Positions 49,963 through 59,446 of a stretch of DNA of 64,000 bases are shown one piece after another (position 1 is the first letter of the stretch; each line of letters starts with the position of its first letter). The notes below the pieces were generated by a model, which saw only the letters and a list, made by a program, of their open reading frames with translations, made no database searches and was not told where the DNA came from. The translations under genes were made by a program, and so were the position numbers. Source of the stretch: Nanobdellota archaeon (GTDB lineage: Archaea > Nanobdellota > Nanobdellia > Pacearchaeales > GW2011-AR1); contig JAKADZ010000001.1 in the NCBI GenBank assembly GCA_021818475.1, positions 5,997 to 69,996 of the forward strand, given 5' to 3'.

Positions 49963-51420
49963 ATGTTACACGCAGAACTTAAACAAAAAATAAGAAAATT
50001 ATGGGATAAATTTTGGAGTGGAGGAATTAGCAATCCTCTTCAGGCAATTGAGCAAATATCCTATTTAATTTTTATGAGAAAATTAGAAGATAGAGATGTT
50101 TTAGAAGAACAAAATGCAGTTCTTAAAGGGATTAAATACAAATCTATTTTTGCAGGTCATGAAAATTGTAAGTGGTCTGTTTGGAGTGAATATTCTTCTG
50201 ATAAAATCTTAGCCCATGTCCGAGATATGGTCTTTCCATTTATGAGAAATTTGGGAGAAGAAAATTCCTCTTATGCTAAATATATGAAAGATGCAAGTTT
50301 TTCTCTTCCAACAGCATCTCTCTTAATTGAAGCAGTTAGTATAATCAATGATTTGCATATTAAAGAGCAAAATCAGGACACTCAAGGAGACATATACGAA
50401 TATCTCTTGTCAGAATTGCAGACAGCAGGAAAAAATGGGCAATTTAGGACACCAAGACATATAATCAAGATGATGGTTGAATTAGCAAATCCAGAATATG
50501 GAGATAGAATTTTAGATCCTGCTTGTGGAACAGCTGGTTTCTTAGTTAATGCTTATGAACATATTTTAAGAACAAATCAAAAGAATGGAGTAAGTACTTT
50601 AACCCCTGAAAAAAAGAAAATCCTTGACGAAGAGTCTCTTTATGGGTATGATATTGATAGGACAATGGTTAGAATTGCAGTCATGAATTTAATGATGCAC
50701 GGAATAACAAATCCCAAGATTACTGGTGAAGATACCCTCTCAAAAAGATATAACGAAAACGGAGTTTATGATTTAGTTTTAGCAAATCCTCCTTTCAAAG
50801 GTTCTATTAATGAAAGCGAGAAATCAGATGAACTTACAATAAGCACAAGTAAGACAGAATTGCTTTTCTTAGAACTTATGTATAATTCTCTTTCAGTAGG
50901 CGGAAGATGTGCCGTAATAGTCCCTGAAGGTGTTTTATTCGGTAACTCAAATGCTCACAAGTCAATTAAAAAACTTTTATTAGAAAAGTGCCGTCTTGAT
51001 GCAGTTATCTCTATGCCCTCAGGAATCTTTAAGCCTTATGCAGGAGTATCAACAGCAGTCCTTTATTTCACAAAAGGGGAGCCTACAGAAAAGGTTTGGT
51101 TCTACAATATGGAAGCAGATGGTTACAGTTTAGATGATAAGAGAACAGAGCAACCCGATAAAAATGATATTCCTGATATCTTAGAAAGATTTGAAAAGAG
51201 AAACAAAGAAGACAACAAAAGCAGATTTGAAAAACACTTTTTTGTTCCAATTGAAGAGATTAAGGAAAAAGACTGGGACCTTTCAATCAACAGATACAAA
51301 AAAGAAAAAGAAAAAGAAGTTAATTACAGAGATAGCAAAGTCATTATTGAAGAAGCAAAGAAAGAAGTCAAAGAACTTTTGGAAGGATTTGAAGAGTTGG
51401 AAAAATTAATCACGGTATAA
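49963..51420 (+). CDS. hsdM: Type I restriction enzyme M subunit (N6-adenine methyltransferase)
   Basis: 485 aa with FRTPRHI, motif I DPACGTAGF, motif IV ANPPFKG, and an N-terminal HsdM_N-like helix bundle. Confidence 0.92.
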   Translation: MLHAELKQKIRKLWDKFWSGGISNPLQAIEQISYLIFMRKLEDRDVLEEQNAVLKGIKYKSIFAGHENCKWSVWSEYSSDKILAHVRDMVFPFMRNLGEENSSYAKYMKDASFSLPTASLLIEAVSIINDLHIKEQNQDTQGDIYEYLLSELQTAGKNGQFRTPRHIIKMMVELANPEYGDRILDPACGTAGFLVNAYEHILRTNQKNGVSTLTPEKKKILDEESLYGYDIDRTMVRIAVMNLMMHGITNPKITGEDTLSKRYNENGVYDLVLANPPFKGSINESEKSDELTISTSKTELLFLELMYNSLSVGGRCAVIVPEGVLFGNSNAHKSIKKLLLEKCRLDAVISMPSGIFKPYAGVSTAVLYFTKGEPTEKVWFYNMEADGYSLDDKRTEQPDKNDIPDILERFEKRNKEDNKSRFEKHFFVPIEEIKEKDWDLSINRYKKEKEKEVNYRDSKVIIEEAKKEVKELLEGFEELEKLITV

Positions 51421-52528
51421 TTTCCGGTCCAAAATACTTTTCATAACTAAAATCATCTTCATGTATTAACCCTTGTTTTATCAATTCAGTTATTTTCGGC
51501 ATAGCTTTTTTCATTTCCTCAATAAAATATTTTATTGTTGAGCAAATTTGCATTTCTCCTTCCTCTGGCCAGAGCTTTGCATGATTTGAATAAAGGCATC
51601 TTCCCCCGCATAATTCAAAATAACTGCAGGAAGGGCACGGTTCAATTACAGAAATTTCCTTCAGTTCATTTGGATTGCTTTTTTTAATATCTCCAACTTC
51701 AAAATCTTTTATGCAGTTCATTATTGGGCAAGTAACTATTTTCCCATTTGTTGTTATAGTATAATTTGCATAACCACTGCCGCATCTTAATTTTGTTTTT
51801 GTATTATGATAAAGCGAATCGAAAAGCCCAAGGAACGGATAAATTTTCAAGACTTTTCCCTGTTTCATATTTTCAATCCAGAACTCAACCAGTTTTGAAA
51901 CTTCTTCATTATATTTTTTTATAAAATCCTCAACCTGTTTTTTGTCATAATCTGATTCATAAAATCCCATGTCTAGCTGCCAGTGAACAGAATCAAATCT
52001 TATCTCAAACAAATGCTTTACCTGTTTAAGCAAATCAGTAAATCCGTCAGAAAAACTTATTGTCATTCTTGCAACAACTTCTCCTACGAATCCGTTCTTC
52101 CTTATTAAATCAAGATTCTTCAAAACCAAATCATAAGTCCCCTTTCCTCTGTTAAAATCAGTTCTTTCCTTATCTCCGTCTATAGAGATTAAAATTTTTG
52201 AAAATCGGTTCATGTATTCAGAAGGCAATTCGTGAAGCAGTTTTCCGTTTGTTTGCATATAATATTTTGCTTCAGGAATTGCATCCATGATTTCAACAAT
52301 TTTTCCCCTGTTCACCAAAGGCTCACCGCCGTAAAAAATAATTTTCGGTTCCTTGTCCTTGAGAATAAACTTTCTAAGTTCTTTAACATCTACTTCAGAA
52401 TTTTCGGGCGCAGAAAAATCAAATTTGAATTTCTCATTAAGTTTTTCCCCGAATTCTCTCTCTGATTTCTCATAGCAATATCTGCACTGCGAATTGCATC
52501 TTTCTGTAAGTATTATATGGAAATACAT
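51410..52528 (-). CDS. Radical SAM protein with a SPASM-like C-terminal Cys cluster
   Basis: 372 aa with CNSQCRYC (CX3CX2C) at residues 11-18 and C-terminal CPSCSYFELCGGRC. The 3' ends overlap hsdM by 11 nt (convergent). Confidence 0.8.
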   Translation of the reverse strand: MYFHIILTERCNSQCRYCYEKSEREFGEKLNEKFKFDFSAPENSEVDVKELRKFILKDKEPKIIFYGGEPLVNRGKIVEIMDAIPEAKYYMQTNGKLLHELPSEYMNRFSKILISIDGDKERTDFNRGKGTYDLVLKNLDLIRKNGFVGEVVARMTISFSDGFTDLLKQVKHLFEIRFDSVHWQLDMGFYESDYDKKQVEDFIKKYNEEVSKLVEFWIENMKQGKVLKIYPFLGLFDSLYHNTKTKLRCGSGYANYTITTNGKIVTCPIMNCIKDFEVGDIKKSNPNELKEISVIEPCPSCSYFELCGGRCLYSNHAKLWPEEGEMQICSTIKYFIEEMKKAMPKITELIKQGLIHEDDFSYEKYFGPEIIP

Positions 52529-52597
52529 AATTAATCCTCAATAAATTAATTATTAAATTTTGTGTAAATCGCTCGGCTCACGCCTCGCTTAAAAATT

Positions 52598-52663
52598 CAT
52601 TCGCTTCGCTCATATTTTCTGAATCAAAACTGACTTCGTCAAGTTTTTCACAATTTATTTATT
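52598..52663 (+). repeat. Family B2 repeat copy, containing the 22-nt hairpin at 52626..52647
   Basis: cattcgcttcgctcatattttctgaatcAAAACTGACTTCGTCAAGTTTTtcacaatttatttatt aligns with 27445..27520. Confidence 0.75.
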
Positions 52664-52715
52664 AAAACCAAAAGAATTTGGGGTTTGTTTAGCTTTAATT
52701 TTATCTCGATAACTA

Positions 52716-52756
52716 ATTTCTTAGCGGAGCGCCTTAACAGAGTTTGGCGCGGAGCG
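52716..52756 (-). repeat. Inverted copy of the 31551..31590 repeat, containing the 22-nt hairpin at 52729..52750
   Basis: The minus strand reads cgctccgcgccaaactctgttaaggcgctccgctaagaaat. The hairpin is 74 nt downstream of the SIMPL gene stop. Confidence 0.75.
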
Positions 52757-52823
52757 AATTTATTTTGCGTTAGTACAATTAAATAAAAAAATAAAAATAA
52801 ATAATAAATAAAGTAGATTAGGC

Positions 52824-53567
52824 TTATACCAGTCTGAATGTTGCACTGATTCTTCCGGTAATTTCCTGCTGGCTTGGCTGTATGTTTGCTACAGATTCTT
52901 TTGCTGCAACTGCATCAGTTGAGCTTGTTCCTGCTGACGCATATACATTCCATGGAACATATCCAAAGTCGCTGACCTGAACTGATACAAGTTCTCCTCT
53001 AATCTTGCCGAATCCTTTTGCAATAGCATCAGCTTTTGCCTGTGCATCTTTTGAAGCTAATTCAAGAGCTTGTGCCTTGTAGTCGTTCTGCGCTTCAGGA
53101 GTCAATTCAAAATTTATAGAACTGATTCCAGCCCCGGAATTAATCCCTGCATCCAAAACACCATCCAGTTTGTCAATCTTATCTGTAGAAAATTCAATCT
53201 TCAGGGAATGAGATGCAATGTACCCGTCCTGAATTTGTTTTCCGTTATTCCAGTAATAATTTGGATAAATGTTATAACTTTGAGTTGTAAGGTTATTTCC
53301 TGCAAATCCAAGTGCGGTTATAGCATTAGTCAGATTATTGAAGATTAAAGTGTTGGCATCTTTAGCTTCTACGCTGGTTTGCCCCTTTGTTTCAATTGTG
53401 AAATAAACTGTTATCAGATTAGGTTCTACTTTTATAGTAGACGTTCCGTCAACAGTAACAACATCCTTGGAAATCGGTGCAAAAGTTGTAAGCGCAATTA
53501 TTGCTATCACAAAAATAAATGTGGATATTATTGTGGTTATAGCAATTGCGTTATTTATCTTTTTCAT
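52824..53567 (-). CDS. SIMPL (DUF541) domain protein, membrane anchored
   Basis: 247 aa with an N-terminal TM helix and SIMPL-like beta/alpha repeats (VEPNLITVYFTIET...AKDANT...). Confidence 0.7.
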   Translation of the reverse strand: MKKINNAIAITTIISTFIFVIAIIALTTFAPISKDVVTVDGTSTIKVEPNLITVYFTIETKGQTSVEAKDANTLIFNNLTNAITALGFAGNNLTTQSYNIYPNYYWNNGKQIQDGYIASHSLKIEFSTDKIDKLDGVLDAGINSGAGISSINFELTPEAQNDYKAQALELASKDAQAKADAIAKGFGKIRGELVSVQVSDFGYVPWNVYASAGTSSTDAVAAKESVANIQPSQQEITGRISATFRLV

Positions 53568-53591
53568 TTTTTACACATTTACCTCCTTTCA

Positions 53592-54182
53592 TTACAATTT
53601 CCTCCAATTTACAATTGTAAAAATAATTATTGCCAACAGTCCGCCTGCTAAGAACCAGCCCCATAAAGGAAATGGCTGCGGAGAAGTCAGATAAACTGAA
53701 ATTCCGGTTTCTGCTGCTTTAGAAACAGTTGACGTTGCATATTCTGGAAGATTATAATCTGCAGAAAGAACATTTGTTGCTCCGGCATTTCTTATATGTT
53801 CATATACTCCAATTGCAAAAGTAACTGCTGAAGTAAGAATAATTGCGGGAACAATTGATTTGATTTTTTCCCCAACCGATTTTTTAGGAGAGATAATTAT
53901 TGATTTATCTGAAATTTCATACATAATAATTTTCTTGCCCTTCGCACTCCAGAAAAAGTTTTTCTTTTTCTGAATAAATCCTGAAGATAATAATTTTTTT
54001 ATGTTGTAATCAAGAGTGTTCATTGGAATCTTCAGATTATCCGACAAATCTTTCTGGCTGGCTTCTTTATTTTCAGATAAGTATTGGATTACTTTTTTGC
54101 AGGTTTTGCTTCCGAGAACTTCAGAAATCTCTTTAGACTTTGAATCTTCCAGCGAAACTAAGATGAAATTTTTTTCATTCAT
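53592..54182 (-). CDS. ArsR-like winged-helix protein with C-terminal TM helices
   Basis: 196 aa with an HTH region (CKKVIQYLSENKEASQKDLSDNLKIPMNTLDYNIKKLLSSGFI) and two C-terminal TM segments. Confidence 0.65.
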   Translation of the reverse strand: MNEKNFILVSLEDSKSKEISEVLGSKTCKKVIQYLSENKEASQKDLSDNLKIPMNTLDYNIKKLLSSGFIQKKKNFFWSAKGKKIIMYEISDKSIIISPKKSVGEKIKSIVPAIILTSAVTFAIGVYEHIRNAGATNVLSADYNLPEYATSTVSKAAETGISVYLTSPQPFPLWGWFLAGGLLAIIIFTIVNWRKL

Positions 54183-54240
54183 AACATTTCTTATGAATTT
54201 TATTTTATAAATGGTTTGAAGACTTCAAACTTAATTGAAG

Positions 54241-54771
54241 TTATGGAATGTGAACAAAATTTTTTATCATTAATTCATTTCTGACCTCGGGATGGAATAA
54301 AACTCCGTAAATTTCCCTTGTCTTGTGTTTTATTGCCTGAGGAATTTTGCTTTTTGTAAATGATTCAAAATCTTTCGGAATTGTTGCATAATTATTATGA
54401 AGATGATAAACTTCTTTTTCCGACGACATTCCCAAAAATTCATAAGCAAATTTTTCTTTATAAAATCCAATTTCAGTTTCTTTTTTCAGCTTCGCTCCGT
54501 ATATCAGTGAAATAACCTGCATTCCCGCGCAAATTCCCAGAATTGGTTTTCTGTAATTTCTGATCCATTCAAATTTTTTCAAATCTTTGACAAATTGATT
54601 GTCTTTCAGTGAAGTTCCGCAGATTATAACCTTGTCTGCTTTTCTCAAATCACTTTCGTCCACTTTTGAATAATGTTTTACAAAAAAATCTTTTCCGATA
54701 ATTTCTTCAACAGGTTTTACAAATTCAAAATAATGCAGTTTTTCTTTGCAGACATTTATCAGAAGAATCAT
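54241..54771 (-). CDS. Class I glutamine amidotransferase (GuaA N-domain-like)
   Basis: 176 aa with the nucleophile elbow ILGICAGMQ and a C-terminal FHPE. Confidence 0.65.
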   Translation of the reverse strand: MILLINVCKEKLHYFEFVKPVEEIIGKDFFVKHYSKVDESDLRKADKVIICGTSLKDNQFVKDLKKFEWIRNYRKPILGICAGMQVISLIYGAKLKKETEIGFYKEKFAYEFLGMSSEKEVYHLHNNYATIPKDFESFTKSKIPQAIKHKTREIYGVLFHPEVRNELMIKNFVHIP

Positions 54772-54820
54772 TTTATTTCTCCCCCAGTCGATTTTATCGC
54801 TGGCAAAATGAATTTCATGT

Positions 54821-55483
54821 TCATTTTATTTCTCTCCTCCAGCTGTTATCATGTCCGAAATCCTTGAATGAACTTATTTTCAGTCCCTTTTTGAATAAGG
54901 GGCAATTCACGACGAGAGTTTCAAATTCCCCTCCTTCCCCGATAACTGAAATTTTATATTTTCTGTGAAGTTCTTTAATTTCTTCTATGAATTTTTCATC
55001 AATCTCCCTGCCCAGCCAGCTTTTATCAAAGGGATATGCAAGAACTCCCGTGATTATAACCCTGAATTTATTTTTAATTAACTCTTCAAGATATTCATTT
55101 TCATTTTTTTGCCAAAGAGGATTAAAACATTCAATTCCTAATTTATTGCAAATTTTCTGGATTCTGACACTCTGATAAACGCTCTGAATTGCTCCTGTAA
55201 CAACTCCCTCTATTTTATGCTCTTTTATAGCAAGGATTATCGCTTTTTCCAAATCTTTAAGTTCTTCTTCTTTTTTCCCTTCACTTTCCCAGACAATTAT
55301 GGGAATGCCGATTAATTTTGCCTGCTCCTCAGTTTTTTTTATTGAAGGAGTATGAAACATGTAACTTTCTTCATTTTCAGAATGCACAGAAATCAGGCAA
55401 CTGACTTCATATCCTATCTTCTTTGCCAAATATGCTGCATAAGTAGAATCTTTCCCCCCTGAAAATAAAACTCCGAGCCTCAT
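54821..55483 (-). CDS. Dph6/MJ0570-type ATP pyrophosphatase (diphthine-ammonia ligase-like)
   Basis: 220 aa with the PP-loop LFSGGKDS and EGGEFETLV near the C-terminus. Confidence 0.8.
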   Translation of the reverse strand: MRLGVLFSGGKDSTYAAYLAKKIGYEVSCLISVHSENEESYMFHTPSIKKTEEQAKLIGIPIIVWESEGKKEEELKDLEKAIILAIKEHKIEGVVTGAIQSVYQSVRIQKICNKLGIECFNPLWQKNENEYLEELIKNKFRVIITGVLAYPFDKSWLGREIDEKFIEEIKELHRKYKISVIGEGGEFETLVVNCPLFKKGLKISSFKDFGHDNSWRREIK

Positions 55484-56373
55484 TCCTCTTCAGAAACCTC
55501 TTCATTTAATTCTTCAGGCATTTCTTTCTCCAGATTCTTCTCAAATTCAGCTAATTCTTTTCTCAAATCTTCAAATGGATCAGGATTATTTTTCAGAAAT
55601 TCCTCCCTAAGCCAAATATGAATTTCATCAAAGGGGACTTTTTGGTCAAGCCAGACTTTTTTTTGATCTTCAAGATAAAGCAGAGGAAGGAATGAAATTA
55701 TTTTTTCTTCTTTTTCTTTTATGAATTCGCTGTATGGGATTTTCTTCTCGCTTTTTTTCTCAAATAATTTTGTTAAGTTGGAATAAATTTCTGCTATTTT
55801 GTCTTTTATGCTGAATTTTCTTTTTGGAAGTGAAAATGAACTTTCTCTGAATCCATTTTTTATTGTGATCTCTTTTTTTATTCTCCTGTTTTCTGTTATT
55901 ATCGCTTTATTCAGTGATTCCATCAGTTCTTTTAAGGTGACTTTCCTGAACCTTGGCATCGGGCTTCTCGCAATTAATTCAGGGATTTCTTCCTCCAGTT
56001 CAATTCTTTCCAACGTCGGTTTAATCGGTTCTTTCTTCCCAAAAAGTATTTCATCAATGCTTTTTACATATTTGTTCAGCAGAATTTCTGATTTTATCCT
56101 CAAAAGCAGCGAAGCTGCAAGTAAAACTTTGCTGGAAACGAAAAAATCCATTTCTTCCATCTCTTTTATTTTCCCCATATATTTATCTGTAAGAATTATT
56201 ATATCAATATCCCATGGATCCAGCTGTTCAGTATTTATCAAATCGTAAATAATTTCCTGCCATCCGAGCTCACGATTGAATAATAAGTCGTGAATTTGCT
56301 CCTGTTTAACGAGTTTATGATTAGGTAAATTAGAAATTTCTTCATGATTTACAGAATTTTTTTCTTCATCCAT
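55480..56373 (-). CDS. scpA: Segregation and condensation protein A
   Basis: WQEIIYDLINTEQLDPWDIDIIILTDKY...SKVLLAASLLLRIKSEILL. The start was moved to ATG 56373, 7 nt downstream of AAGGAG; the track's start at 56472 adds 33 aa. Confidence 0.75.
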   Translation of the reverse strand: MDEEKNSVNHEEISNLPNHKLVKQEQIHDLLFNRELGWQEIIYDLINTEQLDPWDIDIIILTDKYMGKIKEMEEMDFFVSSKVLLAASLLLRIKSEILLNKYVKSIDEILFGKKEPIKPTLERIELEEEIPELIARSPMPRFRKVTLKELMESLNKAIITENRRIKKEITIKNGFRESSFSLPKRKFSIKDKIAEIYSNLTKLFEKKSEKKIPYSEFIKEKEEKIISFLPLLYLEDQKKVWLDQKVPFDEIHIWLREEFLKNNPDPFEDLRKELAEFEKNLEKEMPEELNEEVSEEE

Positions 56374-56754
56374 CGTGATAATCTCCTTTTTTATAACAAT
56401 ATCAACGAAAATGGCTTTTATATTTCTTCTCTCCCGCCCCCACTCCTTGCAATTAATCTCCCCGACAGTCATGAAAACGCTCTGCTCCCGATCTCGCTTT
56501 CAAATCACTGACCTTACTTCCGCGAAATCGCTCGGTAGTACCTAAAAAATATATTTGTAGTGCCTAAATTATCTGATTTTTTTGCGCCCGATTTACTACT
56601 TTAAGATAATCTATGCTTGTCATTTTCTAAGGGTAACAAAATAGAAACATTTAAATAGCCAGAATATCTCTAATTCTTATCACCTCTTTTTCCCCAGGAG
56701 AGGCTTCAGGTTATCTATTTGATCAACTTGAAGAATCTCCCAGGGTTATATTCA

Positions 56755-57468
56755 CTATCTCTTGAGTTTACTCTCTTGAATATAACCTTCTTTAATTTGG
56801 AGATAATTTTGAAAACTAGGGGCATAGTCCAAACGAGTTGAAAAATTCTTCATAATTTGTTCTTGTCTTTCAGTTTCTTCAATTAGTTTATTTGCTATTC
56901 CAGAATCAACTTTTTTAAGTGAATCATAAACAATTTTTCTGATATCTGGGTAATTTTGTCTATTTTTTCCATTGACTGGGCGAGAATATTCACTGCCCTT
57001 TATTGGAACCGGTACTCCTGTTAATGTTAAAATGTTTAATATTGCTCCTAAATCTACTCTCGGGGTAACTGGAATATGATAGTCTATTGGAGTAAAACCA
57101 TTTTTTTCATCATAGAATAAATTTCTTGCATGAGCTTCAAAGACTACTCCTTTATTTTGCATTTGAATTAAAGTGTCAAATAAATCTTCCAACTGGCTCG
57201 AAGTATATTTTAAAATCCCTGTTTCAAATTCTCCTGAATTCTCATTTAACAAATGCCCTTTTACTAATCGGGTAGTTAAAACCTTCTCAATATCATTATA
57301 ATCAACAAATTGTTGTGTTCTTGGAATATTTTTAACTCTCTTTAAGGCTTGAACTTCATTTTCTGGATGGCGTTCATAATAATTCCCATAAAATTTGTAT
57401 ACAAGACTCCCGTCTGTGTAAACCTCTTGTCCTAAGAGTTTCAAATTTTCCTTTTTTGGAATTTTCAT
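56755..57468 (-). CDS. Hypothetical protein with a faint protein-kinase-like pattern
   Basis: 237 aa. GSLVYKFYG, HARNLFYD and IDY loosely resemble a Gly-loop, catalytic loop and DFG motif; this is not convincing. Confidence 0.4.
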   Translation of the reverse strand: MKIPKKENLKLLGQEVYTDGSLVYKFYGNYYERHPENEVQALKRVKNIPRTQQFVDYNDIEKVLTTRLVKGHLLNENSGEFETGILKYTSSQLEDLFDTLIQMQNKGVVFEAHARNLFYDEKNGFTPIDYHIPVTPRVDLGAILNILTLTGVPVPIKGSEYSRPVNGKNRQNYPDIRKIVYDSLKKVDSGIANKLIEETERQEQIMKNFSTRLDYAPSFQNYLQIKEGYIQESKLKR

Positions 57469-57523
57469 AAATCAAAGATTAAAAAACCGTATTTAACTCT
57501 TTCGTAAAGTTAGATTATTAGAA

Positions 57524-57736
57524 TTACTTCTTTCCTTCGTACTCTGTATAATGGCACTTTCCGCAGTAAAGTCTTCCTTTGTTGTTCATTAAGAAAACTC
57601 CCGGCCCACAACGAGGACAAGATTTTTCTCTTGTGACTTTGTCTCCGCTAATCTTATACTTAGTATATTTTTTGCTTGTTGGTTTGTTTTTATGCGGCTT
57701 CTTTCCCTTCTTTTTTGCCTTTGCTTTTTTTGCCAT
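57524..57736 (-). CDS. rps27ae: 30S ribosomal protein S27ae (eS31)
   Basis: 70 aa with the zinc ribbon CPRCGPGVFLMNNKGRLYCGKC. Confidence 0.9.
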   Translation of the reverse strand: MAKKAKAKKKGKKPHKNKPTSKKYTKYKISGDKVTREKSCPRCGPGVFLMNNKGRLYCGKCHYTEYEGKK

Positions 57737-57745
57737 GTTTATTAT

Positions 57746-58030
57746 TTATTTTTTAGCTCCTTTTTTCTTTCTTGGTGTTTTTATTTTTGTTTCTACTTTA
57801 TCCTTTTCTTCTTTTGAAGAATAAATATTTGCAGTGATGATAAAACTGGTTGAACCAAATCTTCCTTTTATCTTCTTGATTTTAACATTCTCCGGATTTG
57901 CTGAAAATTCTTTTCCAACCAATTCCTCAGCTTCTTTGATTTTTGGACTTACTTCCATTACTGCGCTAATTTCTACTTCCTGCCTGTCAAAAAGAGGATT
58001 CTTCTTCTGGTTTAAAATTGTTATTGTCAT
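57746..58030 (-). CDS. rps24e: 30S ribosomal protein S24e (eS24)
   Basis: 94 aa with NPLFDRQEVEI...IKKIKGRFG. Confidence 0.88.
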   Translation of the reverse strand: MTITILNQKKNPLFDRQEVEISAVMEVSPKIKEAEELVGKEFSANPENVKIKKIKGRFGSTSFIITANIYSSKEEKDKVETKIKTPRKKKGAKK

Positions 58031-58215
58031 TTTGTTTTTATTGCAAAGTTTCCTTTGTCATGTAAATTAAGTTTAGGTGCAATCTCTGATTTTTCAGGAT
58101 TTAATAGGATTATTCTTCCCTTAAAATTTTCAGTAGATTCTCTTGAATCACATTTTGGGCATTTATCATCTTCATAAATTGTGTTGCAGTATTTGCATGC
58201 TCGTGGTTTGCTCAT
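58027..58215 (-). CDS. spt4: Transcription elongation factor Spt4 (RpoE'')
   Basis: 62 aa with ACKYCNTIYEDDKCPKC and GRIILLNPEKSEIA. Confidence 0.85.
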   Translation of the reverse strand: MSKPRACKYCNTIYEDDKCPKCDSRESTENFKGRIILLNPEKSEIAPKLNLHDKGNFAIKTK

Positions 58216-58279
58216 TTTTTCTTCCCTCCCTCAATTTGGTGCGAAAGCGACGAATTGCATTTGAACTTGTTCAAATAAT

Positions 58280-58894
58280 TCATTTTTTCTTCCCTCCCTT
58301 CTTTTCTCCTTTAGCTGCCTTTTCCTCTTCTTTAGCTTCTTTCTGAACAGCTTTATTTTTCTTAGCAGCATCTTCTTTAATCCATTCTAATTTTCCTAGT
58401 CCCGGCTGCCTCATTGTTAAACCTATCTTCAGTTCTCCGCCTTTATGCGATATTGCAACTATTCTTGCAACACACATATCTCCCTGTTTAAGGCTTCTCT
58501 TAGAAACTTTTCCGACAAGTGAATCTGATTTACTGAAACTTACATAATCATCCATTGTCTGACTTATGTGTATCATTCCTTTCATAACTCCCAAATCCAT
58601 GAACGCCCCGAAATTTGTTATTTCCGAAACAATGCCATAAACAAGTTCCTGCAATTCCGGTTTCCATACCAGTAATTTGAATCTTGAGCGGTAATAAGTT
58701 GCGCCGTCTCCGGGGATTAAAACTCCCTCACCAACTTCAAGAACATCAACAATCCCGATAACTCTTCCTACGTCTTTATCATAATAATCGGCATAAGTTT
58801 CTCTCAGCTGTTTTTCTACAGACTCTAAAGTAGGCAAACCGAACAATTTGGGTTCCACCCTGATATAATCCTCTACTTCGATTAAATAGAACAT
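58280..58894 (-). CDS. rpoE: DNA-directed RNA polymerase subunit E' (Rpo7) with a Lys-rich tail
   Basis: 204 aa with N-terminal MFYLIEVEDYIRVEP and an S1 domain (GIVSEITNFGAFMDLG). Confidence 0.88.
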   Translation of the reverse strand: MFYLIEVEDYIRVEPKLFGLPTLESVEKQLRETYADYYDKDVGRVIGIVDVLEVGEGVLIPGDGATYYRSRFKLLVWKPELQELVYGIVSEITNFGAFMDLGVMKGMIHISQTMDDYVSFSKSDSLVGKVSKRSLKQGDMCVARIVAISHKGGELKIGLTMRQPGLGKLEWIKEDAAKKNKAVQKEAKEEEKAAKGEKKGGKKK

Positions 58895-58984
58895 TCTAAA
58901 AATTATAATAAAAATTGGTTTAAAAACCTTTCTCGGGTTTTTGAAATGAACTTATAGCATCAGATTGGACTATTTTATTTTCCA

Positions 58985-59446
58985 TTACAATTTTTTTATT
59001 ATTTTTCTGTATATAAAACTAAACAAATACCCGACAAAAATCCAGATTATTGACATATTCAGGCTGATGATTCCGAAAAAATTAAATGGGTGATTTGAAT
59101 AATCCCAGAATCTTTCATTTAACAAAAGAATTGCAAGTGCCCCTCCGGTTAATTCCCATGCGATAATAATTAATCCGTCGAGAAATCCCCTCAGAAAAAA
59201 TTTAATTTTTTTTCTGTCCAAAAATTTTTCAAACAGAATAAGGACTAATGCTCCTTCACCATAAAAAGGAATGAATACCGATTTTATTCCGAATATTTGG
59301 TATAAAGTCTGATCATATGGAATTGAACTTTTTCCCCGGATAATTCCAAAGAAAAATTCCAGAAGAAAACCGGCAAAAGAAAAAAATAAAAAAAAGAAGA
59401 TATATTTCAGCAAAGGATATTTTTTCAGAATTTCTCTTATTTTCAT
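58985..59446 (-). CDS. Membrane protein, PF06541-like (putative ABC-transporter type IV family)
   Basis: 153 aa with 4 TM helices and RFWDYSNHPFNFFG. Confidence 0.5.
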   Translation of the reverse strand: MKIREILKKYPLLKYIFFFLFFSFAGFLLEFFFGIIRGKSSIPYDQTLYQIFGIKSVFIPFYGEGALVLILFEKFLDRKKIKFFLRGFLDGLIIIAWELTGGALAILLLNERFWDYSNHPFNFFGIISLNMSIIWIFVGYLFSFIYRKIIKKL

